Positions 1 through 7,135 of a stretch of DNA of 7,978 bases are shown in pieces. Each line of letters begins with the position of its first letter. Position 1 is the stretch's first letter. This DNA comes from Octopus sinensis (lineage: Eukaryota): assembly GCF_006345805.1 (NCBI RefSeq), contig NW_021828632.1, positions 1 through 7,978 on the forward strand. The letters run 5' to 3'. The notes under the pieces are model-generated. The model was given only the letters and a program-made list of their open reading frames with translations, was not told the DNA's origin and did no database searches. The translations under genes were made by a program, and so were the position numbers.

Positions 1-61
1 AAGTCACGGAACCACATATTTGTGAAGTGAATTTCTTAACCACGTAACGATGTCGACGTCC
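1..61 (-). mobile_element. Possible degenerate 5' head of a tRNA-derived SINE running off the left edge
   Basis: The minus strand reads ...tacGTGGTTAAGaaattcacttcacaaatATGTGGTTCCGtgactt. This resembles an A-box end followed by the 'catgg(t/c)tcc(g/a)gg' segment seen at 4136-4147. The family match relies on a recalled octopus SINE consensus. Confidence 0.35.
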
Positions 62-261
62 ATTTTGTTTCATGATGTTCGTTTTAAGCAAAAAATGGTC
101 TGCTGCCTCTCTGGAATTTGCTTATATTTTCTTCCCAATGTAATAATAAACACGGTAAATGTCCCAATCAATGCGACGCAAGGTTTGTAACAATAACTTG
201 TGATTGTTGGTGGCGAGAATAAATTGCTCTTCTGCAGTATCTCTTGTCTGTTCAAGTTTGG

Positions 262-530
262 CGTGAGTGTAGAGGTGTGTGGACGTGTGTGGACGTGTGT
301 GTGTCAGTATGTGTGGTGGTGTGTAAATGTGTGTGTATGCATCTGTGTTTCAATGCGTTTGTGTGAGTTTTTATGCATGTACGTGTGTATGTATGTATGT
401 ATGTGATGTTCGTGTGTATAAGCGTGTTTGTGTCTGCATGTCTTTGTATGACTGAATATGTATGTGTACGTATGTGCCTTTGTTTGTGTATGTCTGTATC
501 TGTGTGCGTATATTTTCGGGCCTGCATGTG
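262..530. repeat. Degenerate (GT)n/(GTAT)n low-complexity tract
   Basis: Continuous gtgt/gtat-rich sequence, including a gtgtggac unit duplicated at about 276-297. It accounts for the overlapping spurious ORFs. Confidence 0.85.
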
Positions 531-532
531 CG

Positions 533-536
<4 letters not shown>

Positions 537-566
<30 letters not shown>
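537..566. repeat. (AT)n microsatellite
   Basis: Uninterrupted atatat run. Confidence 0.95.
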
Positions 567-572
<6 letters not shown>

Positions 573-707
573 CTTGCCTATATATATACATCACTCTTAC
601 ACACATTCAATCTACTCGCCATTAATACCACCACGACACAGGACACACACACACACTACTACTCAACACACGCTGGCACGCTACATACGCCCCCACCCCT
701 TCCCCTC

Positions 708-783
708 CCTCCCTTCCTCCTTCCTTCTTTTTCTTACTACTGACCTCCCTTCCTCCTTCCTTCTTTTTCTTACTACTGACCTC
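708..783. repeat. Perfect 36-bp tandem duplication (2 copies plus 4 bp)
   Basis: cctcccttcctccttccttctttttcttactactga occurs at 708-743 and 744-779, followed by cctc. Confidence 0.95.
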
Positions 784-825
784 GTCTGCTAGCTGACCAC
801 TAGTCTCGCCCTACCTCACAGGCCT

Positions 826-932
826 ACACACAGACGCACACACTAACACACACATATTCTTTTGTTTTTTCATCTCGCCTCACACACACACATACACACA
901 CGCACACGCACACACTCACACATACACACACA
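826..932. repeat. Imperfect (CA)n microsatellite
   Basis: cacacaca/cacgcaca runs interrupted by a short T-rich segment. Confidence 0.8.
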
Positions 933-1039
933 TCTGTTGGTTACCAACCTTGTCTCCACTCTTTAGCCTTTAAAAACCCACTTTGCTCTTGTTATCGTCA
1001 ACATCCGCCTTTCACCATGTGCAACTCGTAAACACCAGT

Positions 1040-1180
1040 CGTCTTTTTTCTCTTTCCCTGTTGCCCGCTCTGGGATCTTTCTTTCCTCTCTTCCTTCTTT
1101 ATGTTTCCGACGAAGAGCTCCGCTCGAAACGTCATACCTCCCTGCTTCCATCTCCTGAGCGCCTTTTAATAATAATACTG
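1040..1180 (+). mobile_element. Probable Penelope-like element terminal (pLTR) remnant
   Basis: Pyrimidine-rich tract leading into the hammerhead-like motif, then ctccctgcttccatctcctgagcg. PLE termini are known to carry such motifs. No RT or GIY-YIG ORF is visible and the boundaries are uncertain. Confidence 0.45.
1103..1137 (+). ncRNA. Minimal type-I hammerhead-ribozyme-like motif (Penelope-like element type), probably degenerate
   Basis: GTTT-CCGACGA-A-GAGC(TCC)GCTC-GAAA-CGTC-ATAC. Core CNGANGA at 1107-1113 (canonical U4 is C here), stem II at 1115-1118/1122-1125, GAAA at 1126-1129, palindromic ACGT stem III, GUC cleavage triplet ending at 1133, stem I with 3 of 4 pairs. Confidence 0.55.
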
Positions 1181-1224
1181 TAATTGTTCCTGTTGTTGTT
1201 GTTTTTTTGTTTCCCTTTTGGATT

Positions 1225-1229
<5 letters not shown>

Positions 1230-1268
<39 letters not shown>

Positions 1269-1282
1269 GTGTGTGTATATAT

Positions 1283-1320
<38 letters not shown>

Positions 1321-1357
1321 CTGTAAGTGTTTGCGTGTGTATGAGTGTGTGTGTGTG
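1230..1357. repeat. Compound (AT)n-(GT)n microsatellite
   Basis: (AT)n at 1230-1263 followed by (GT)n runs to about 1357. Confidence 0.95.
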
Positions 1358-1480
1358 TAAAATGTGTTACTTTGATACAGAGCAGACTCGTAGATGATTC
1401 GATTGCAAATTGCTTCTCATGGAACTGCGAGAAAATAAATCAATGATCTCTGCTTAGATTCTCTCAAGAATATTCACCGA

Positions 1481-1627
1481 AGGGCATATAGCGTAGTGGT
1501 TAAAGTATTGCGTTCTCGCCCATAAGGTCATGCGTTCGGTTCCTTGACAAGACGGTTATTTCTGTCTTTAAAGCAGGCACATCTTTTTACGATGTCTAAC
1601 CTTACTCAACTGAAAATAAGTACCAGC
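1481..1627 (+). mobile_element. Degenerate tRNA-derived SINE with CORE-like remnant
   Basis: A box TAGCGTAGTGG at 1489-1499 and B box GTTCGGTTCC at 1534-1543. These are followed by cttgacaagac and actcaactgaaaataagtacc, which parallel cttgagcaagac and actcagctgtagaaatgagt in the 5421-5750 copy. Confidence 0.65.
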
Positions 1628-2189
1628 CGACTGCATTAGCCTCTCAGCCTCTCCCTCTCTCTCTTTCTAGTTGTCCGCTGGGTCAAAGGAAATTCCGGGT
1701 TGGTGTCCGGCGCGCTGGAAGACCACTGGGAGCGAGGCATCTCTTTGCTTTTGCTAAAGCATGTCGCTAGAATCCGCTTGAAACCCAGGCAAGTCTGCCC
1801 CAATAATCGGCGGTAAATTGGTCAGCGAATCCTCTGCGAGGGTCAACAAATGACGGCGAGGTGAGTTGTTAGGGGCCACGCTATCCCAAAATGTGTATGC
1901 ACGTGACCAGGTATCACATGTGGACTTGTATTATCACTGAAACTCTGAACACGGATGACTTGTTGATCGAAACCGGCTCAACTCACCCCGGATGAATGCC
2001 GTAGCATGCACAAGCAGTCAAAAGGGTGTCTACCACTGCTCGCGACTACAAGGGCACCTGAAATAATTTGCGAGAACAAGGTACATATCTCCAAACCATA
2101 CTCACCATTGATGGCCAAGCAAGCAAGCACCAGAGAAATAAACCTCCCGGATTGTTAAAGCGTCGGTTAGAGTAACTTCCGGTATGCGT

Positions 2190-2320
2190 TATGGCTCTCT
2201 ACCCTGTATGTTCAACTCTTGCCGCAGTCAACTTTGTCGTCCATACTTCCACCGACCACTAGGGACGACGTAATCGACTTATCCTCTCCTCCAAATTTGC
2301 TGGCCTTGGACCAAACTTGA
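2190..2320 (+). mobile_element. Diverged, internally deleted SINE copy of the 6419-7348 family, in opposite orientation to those copies
   Basis: The reverse complement tttggtccaaggccagcaaatttggaggagaggataagtcgattacgtcgtccctagtg aligns to 7150-7204 (tttggcacgaggccagcaatttcgggggaaaagggtaagtcgattacatcgaccccagtg), and caaagttgactgcggc aligns to caaagtcaacctcggc. Because the 7072-7348 copy is on the minus strand, this copy reads on the plus strand. Confidence 0.7.
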
Positions 2321-2366
2321 ACACACACACACTCATACACGCACACACACACACACACACACATAC

Positions 2367-2440
<74 letters not shown>

Positions 2441-2457
2441 ATATAATATATACATAC
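2321..2457. repeat. Compound (CA)n-(AT)n microsatellite
   Basis: (CA)n at about 2321-2397, then (AT)n-rich to about 2457. Confidence 0.95.
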
Positions 2458-2732
2458 ACGAAAATGTTTTTGAATTTGGTTTGTAAGCTTCTTTATGTTA
2501 GTTTGTGTGTTGAAACATATTCTGCTGTGTCTGGGGAGAGTCATCTTCTTTTTTGTGCCTTATAATTTTACACACTCACCGGTAAAATTTCCACTTATTT
2601 CTTATTTTTATTTTCCTAAAATTTTCGTTGCGTCTTGCAGCCTTTTCAATTGTCTTGACTCTGTCCGTTATCAGAGCTGCGTTTCTTTTTGTTTGTTTGT
2701 GCGCATGTGTATGGGTCAGTGTGTGTGTGTGC

Positions 2733-2876
2733 CATTCGACCAGTAAAGATCGATAAAATAAGTACCTGTGAGAAACGAGTATCGAAATCGACACGATCAA
2801 GTAAAAAGTTTTTAAATCTTTTGAAAATGTTCGGAGCTGGTGCTCCAGTATGGCCGAGGTTCAGTGACTGAAACAC
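2733..2876 (+). mobile_element. 3' fragment of a SINE
   Basis: tcgataaaataagtacc (2750-2766) is the exact reverse complement of 7212-7228. ggtgctccagtatggccg...gactgaaaca (2839-2874) matches ggtgctccagcatggccg...gctgaaaca at 5351-5387. Confidence 0.75.
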
Positions 2877-3020
2877 GTTACAGGACTGCAGAATAATAGC
2901 ATGATAGAATAATAGAATAACGATGGTGTATAAAAGACAAGCCATAACAGACTACAGACCATTGTGTGGATCAACAATAAACGAACGCAACCAGGTTCAG
3001 GGGAATAACAAGCAAAAAGC

Positions 3021-3166
3021 TCGTCGTCGCAGTTGTTGCTGTTGCTGTTGTTGTTGTTGTTGTTGTTGTTGCTGCTGCTGCTGCTGCTGCTGTTTCTGCT
3101 GCTGCTGCTGTTGATGTTGTTGATGTTGCTATTGTCGTTGTTGTTGTGGTTGTTGTTGTTGTTGTT
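3021..3166. repeat. Compound trinucleotide microsatellite (GTT)n/(GCT)n
   Basis: gttgttgtt and gctgctgct blocks with scattered interruptions. Confidence 0.95.
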
Positions 3167-3313
3167 CTCATTGGAACAGCGACCATTTTGTAATGGCCGA
3201 CAATAAATTTATTTGTTCTTCGTTAAAACGAATGGTTGGGGGTGGGGGGTGGCTGACAATAAAATCTCTGCTCATTTATAAGAGAGAGACTGGCATGATG
3301 AATTTTCCTCCAT

Positions 3314-3803
3314 GGTAGTGGTGGTGGTGGCGGTGGTTGCGGTGGTGGTGGTGGCGGCGGTGGTTGCGGTGGTGGTGGTGGCGGCGGTGGTTGCGGTGGT
3401 GGTGGTGGTGGTGGCGGCGGTGGTTGCGGTGGTGGTGGTGGTGGTTGAGGTGGTGGTGGTGGTGGTTGAGGTGGTGGTGGTGGTTGTGGTTGAGGTGGTG
3501 GTGGTGGTGGTTGCGGTGGTGGTGGTGGCGGCGGTGGTTGCGGTGGTGGTGGTGGTGGTGGTGGTGGTTGAGGTGGTGGTGGTGGTTGTGGTGGTGGTGG
3601 TGGTGGTGGTGCTTGAGGTGGTGGTGGTGGTGGTGGTTGAGGTGGTGGTGGTGGTGGTTGAGGTGGTGGTGGTGGTGGTGGTTGAGGTGGTGGTGGTTGT
3701 GGTTGAGGTGGTGGTGGAGATAGTGGCAACCGTGGTGATGATAGTGGTGGTGGTTGTGGTGGTGTTAGTTGTGGTAGTGGTCGTCGTCGTCGTCGTCGTC
3801 GTC
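3314..3803. repeat. Long (GGT)n array with higher-order 21-33-bp units, ending in (GTC)n
   Basis: GGT triplets interrupted in phase by GGC and TG(C/A/T). ggcggcggtggttgc units lie to the left and ggttgaggt units to the right, with (GTC)n at about 3780-3803. Confidence 0.95.
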
Positions 3804-3996
3804 GGCGTGAGGCAACGGTCTTGTTTTAGCATGTTTATCAGGTGAAGGCGGCGAGGGTGGAGGAAAAGATAGAGAAAAGAGAGAGAGAGATAGCAAAGAG
3901 ATGCACAGACAAAGAGACAGAGACAGAACAAATTTAGAATATCCTTGATCTGGTTATGATACGAACTAGTCAGAAGAGAAAAGGAAAGAGAGAAAC

Positions 3997-4077
<81 letters not shown>
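3997..4077. repeat. (AT)n microsatellite
   Basis: About 80 bp of atat with two interruptions. Confidence 0.95.
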
Positions 4078-4081
<4 letters not shown>

Positions 4082-4134
4082 GTTAATCCAAACAAGAAAG
4101 CACAAAAATACAACAACGCGAGGACGTGGAACAA

Positions 4135-4261
4135 ACATGGCTCCAGGTTCAGTCCCACTGCGTGGCACCTTGAGTAAGTGTCTTCTGCTATGGCCTCGCG
4201 CCGACAAAAGCCTTGTGAGTGGATTTAGTAGACGGAAACTGAAAGAAACCCGCAGTGTATA
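4135..4261 (+). mobile_element. 5' half of a tRNA-derived CORE-type SINE, truncated at the A box
   Basis: B-box-like GGTTCAGTCCC at 4146-4156. CORE-like gcaccttgagtaagtgtctt at about 4165-4184 (compare MIR CORE gtgaccttgggcaagtcactt). Ends at gtgtatatata, where an internal microsatellite begins. Confidence 0.7.
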
Positions 4262-4264
4262 TAT

Positions 4265-4455
4265 ACAAAATATTCTATAATTATATACATAAATATAATT
4301 ACAATCAGAGGTCAGCTAATTGCTTCGCCACGTACCGAAATTAGAATTAGAAGCTAATGTCATTAGCTTCTAATTCTAATTTCGGTACATGGCGAAGCAA
4401 TTAGCTGACCCCTGATTGTAATTATATTTATGTATATAATTATAGAATATTTTGT
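4265..4455. repeat. Near-perfect inverted repeat (95-bp arms, 1-nt spacer)
   Basis: 4265-4359 is the reverse complement of 4361-4455 except at 4309/4411 and 4331/4389. The centre is T4360. It extends to 4262/4458 with one more mismatch. Confidence 0.97.
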
Positions 4456-5170
4456 GTAATTCACATAAAAATGTTATTTTAACGTACTGACTACTTGGTA
4501 AAATTATTAATTATTAATCAATTAATTGATTGATTTATTAATTAATTAATCTTACCCTATATTATTATATATATGCATATATAGACACATATATGTATAT
4601 ACATATAAACGTAAACAAATATGAAATGCGAAAGCAATGTTGAGTACGCAGAGAAACGAGAGACACGAATGGAAAAGAAGACAAGTAACAACAAAAAAAG
4701 CGACCCTTCATCAGTTGTCGGCTGTCCTTCTACTCCTTATTTCGAACATTGAACAACAAGATAAGACTTTGAAAGCAGTTGCTCCCGCGAACCGAAATGA
4801 AAAGAAAATTCGGGATTTGCGGAGTTTCAAAGTTGGTAACAAAAATAGGACATACAACAAACAAAATGAAACGAATACAAACAGGGAGGGTTGTTAGGCT
4901 CAGATGAGGTAAAGTGGCGAACGCTTGGAGAAGATTATTTGATAAGAGAAAAGATAGGAGAGGAGACAGATAAGAATGCGTCTGGCCCTGCACTATAGTC
5001 TGACGGAAAAGAATAATGATCACGTGAGGAGAAGAAAGATGGACGATGGTTACGTGTGAGCAACGAGAGAGAGAGTAAAGGAGGAAGAGGGATAGAGAGA
5101 GGAACAGGCAAATAGAAAACGGTGAAGGGGAGAAAAAAGAATTAGAGAAAGGATGAGAGAGAAACACACA

Positions 5171-5408
5171 TACATATATGTATGTATGAATTTATGTGTC
5201 CGTCTTTGTCCCCCACCCCCACCATCACCTGACAACCAATGTTGGTGTGTTTACGTCCCCGTAACCTAGGAGTTCGGCAAAATAAACCAACAGAATAAGT
5301 ACTCGGCTTATCAAGAATAAGTCCTGGGCTTGATTTGTTCAATTAAAGGCGGTGCTCCAGCATGGCCGCAGTCAAATGGCTGAAACAAGTAAAAGTAGAA
5401 GAAAGTAA
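5171..5408 (+). mobile_element. 3' half of a SINE (body and tail)
   Basis: Microsatellite remnant, then gacaaccaatgttggtgtgtttacgtcccc...aataagtac...ggtgctccagcatggccgcagtcaaatggctgaaacaagtaaaag with an A-rich tail. The 3' end is shared with 2839-2874. Confidence 0.75.
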
Positions 5409-5420
5409 ATGAATACATGG

Positions 5421-5750
5421 AGACCCCCTGCGGTCACGAATGACCATGGGATTGCACCAAGAAAGTTACCTCCCAAGGCACAAGTCCGGACAAGGTTGTT
5501 TATGGATGGCCAGCAGTCGCAAATGCATACCGGCCTCTCCTCTCCACGCCACCAGTGTTATCCAAGGGAAAGGCAAAGGGGGCGATGCAGCTCGGCACCT
5601 GTGACGTCACAACTCATTTCTACAGCTGAGTGAACTGGAGCAACGTGAAATAAAGTGTCTTGCTCAAGAACACAACATGCAGCCCGGTCCGGGATTCGAA
5701 CTCACAACCTCACGGTCGTAAGATCGACGTTCTAACCACTGAGCCATGTG
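5421..5750 (-). mobile_element. Near full-length tRNA-derived CORE-SINE
   Basis: Minus strand: A box TGGCTCAGTGG (5746-5736), B box GAGTTCGAATCCC (5703-5691), then tgtgttcttgagcaagacactttatttcacgttgctccagttcactcagctgtagaaatgag (5674-5613), which aligns with the MIR-type CORE domain tgtgaccttgggcaagtcacttaacctctctgagcctcagtttcctcatctgtaaaatggg. Confidence 0.88.
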
Positions 5751-5804
5751 TATGTGTGTATGTATATATATATATATATATTATATACGCGCACACACAC
5801 ACAC

Positions 5805-5883
<79 letters not shown>

Positions 5884-5898
5884 GTACACATACATACA
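5751..5898. repeat. Compound (GT/AT)n-(CA)n-(AT)n microsatellite
   Basis: (AT)n blocks flank a central (CA)n block. Confidence 0.95.
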
Positions 5899-6214
5899 CC
5901 CAGAACGACGCTAATAGCTTAGGTGTGAAATTTAGGATTTCTCAGTTTTCTGTCAATCGATTTTGATAAAAACTTTCCCTGTTGGTTTGCACACAAGGGA
6001 GATAATTATAATAAGAACAGCTGATAGAAGTTTCTGGATGATGTAGACAAAGGGAACAGAGAGAGGATTAGGTATTTTATTATGTAGTACCTGGCTGGTT
6101 CTTTACTTCATCAGCAATTAAAGAAAGATATCATATTTCGAGTGGGAAGACCATTGAGGGCCGCCGGAATGATGCCTAAGGGCCACAAAGCCACAGCTGC
6201 TGCTCTAGATCCTC

Positions 6215-6390
6215 ACTCAATGTAATAGAAAGAGTAGCCAAATCTCCCTCAAAATCGATCTGGCAATCAACATTTTAAAAAATTTAGTCCCTAGTTTCTA
6301 GCACAGAGTAAAAAAGATCAAAGGGATGGTCACGGCTGGAATATCTGTAGTGATACGGCTGATAGCTAAGAGCTGCGCTGGGAGTTAGCG
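6215..6390. mobile_element. Possible degenerate interspersed repeat of unknown class
   Basis: Segments agtagccaaatctccctcaaaatc and gggatggtcacggctggaat resemble an abundant octopus repeat as I recall it. No second copy is present in the window, so this is unverified. Confidence 0.35.
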
Positions 6391-6418
6391 ACGGCAATAA
6401 AAACTATCGTTCTGTTTT

Positions 6419-6631
6419 AATAACTGCTTCAAATTTCAGCACAAGACCAGCAATTTCCAGGGGAAAGGGATTATTCGATTACCCCCAGTATTCAACTGGT
6501 ACTTTTGTAATCGACCCCGAGAGGACGAAAAACAAAGTGGCTCTTGGCGGGACTTGTTCGTGAAGAGCCGGAAGAAAGGTTGCTAAGCATTTTGTTCGAC
6601 GCACTGACTATTCTTTCTGCCAGTTATCCGC
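6419..6631 (-). mobile_element. SINE copy 1 of the head-to-tail run (most diverged)
   Basis: Aligns to 7135-7348: cttcaaatttcagcacaagaccagcaatttcc...cccagtattcaactggtactt...atcgacccc...gctaagcattttg...ctgccag. Confidence 0.8.
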
Positions 6632-6646
6632 TTTATCCTATTTCAA

Positions 6647-6835
6647 TAGTGATTCCTTCCTGCTATAGGCACAAATTCGGAAATTTTAAGGTGGAGTTTA
6701 ATCGAGTACATCAACCCCCAAAAGTATGAAAGAGAGAGTTAATCTCGGAAGAATTTGAAACTAGAATGTAAATTCGGAAGAAACGTCGCCAAATATTTTG
6801 TCCGGCGTGATAACGATTCTGCCAGGGCGCCACCT
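6647..6835 (-). mobile_element. SINE copy 2, with internal deletion
   Basis: A box TGGCAGAATCG on the minus strand (6825-6815) and a degenerate B box at about 6751-6762. The tail end ctataggcacaa is shared with copy 3. Confidence 0.8.
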
Positions 6836-6838
6836 TAG

Positions 6839-7055
6839 AGTAATTCTTTCTACAATAGGCACAAGGCCTAAAATTTGGGCAAGAGAGCTCGTTGATGAAA
6901 TCGACCCCTGAGCTCAACAGGTACTTGTTTTATGGGCCCCGAAAGGATGAAAAGTAAAGTCGACCTCGTTGGAATTTGAACTCAGAACGTATAGCCAGAA
7001 GAAATGCTGCTGACCATTTTTTCTGCATGCTAACAACTCTGCCAGCTCACCAACC
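6839..7055 (-). mobile_element. SINE copy 3
   Basis: A box TGGCAGAGTTG near 7045-7035, B box GAGTTCAAATTCC (6983-6971), and body cccgaaaggatgaaaagtaaagtcgacctcg. Confidence 0.85.
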
Positions 7056-7071
7056 GTCCCACTCCAATAAA

Positions 7072-7135
<64 letters not shown>

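Noticed and set aside
200-792. ORFs of 60-106 aa over GT/CA/AT-rich sequence
   Set aside because: They are translations of microsatellites (VCVC, HTHT, YIYI), with no domain-like content.
1696-1812. Weak transposon protein motifs: WSSSAPDTNP (Tc1/mariner WPxxSPDLNP-like, minus), PIIGAD (Gypsy protease-like, minus) and WVKGNSG at 1679-1699 (RNase H WVKGHSG-like, plus)
   Set aside because: They point to three incompatible families in different frames and strands, and neighbouring catalytic motifs are missing or mis-spaced. They cannot be called without a profile search.
2971-3186. Second Thr/Ala-rich minus-strand ORF next to the (GGT)n frame
   Set aside because: It is entirely explained by the (GTT)/(GCT) microsatellite, and no credible donor/acceptor links it to the upstream Thr frame.
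3314-3720. Plus-strand (Gly)n-Cys frame in which TGC/TGT alternate with in-frame TGA (selenocysteine idea)
   Set aside because: No start context or recognisable SECIS element. TGA is simply one variant of the repeat-interrupting triplet.
4700-4745. CTGATGAAGGG on the minus strand (4714-4704), a hammerhead core half
   Set aside because: No stem II or GAAA follows it, and the upstream CGAAA does not give valid stems I and III. It may be a decayed PLE-associated repeat, but the sequence does not support a ribozyme.
4637-5167. ORFs of 86 aa (+) and 145 aa (-) in the purine-rich block
   Set aside because: Compositionally biased (K/N/R-rich or L/S/F-rich), with no recognisable motif or splice support.
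5675-5750. tRNA-like sequence on the minus strand with good A and B boxes
   Set aside because: It has no paired acceptor stem and runs directly into a CORE domain, so it is a SINE head and not a tRNA gene.
5748-5898. Apparent inverted symmetry of the flanks around the central (CA)n
   Set aside because: This arises trivially from self-complementary (AT)n and GT/AC microsatellites.
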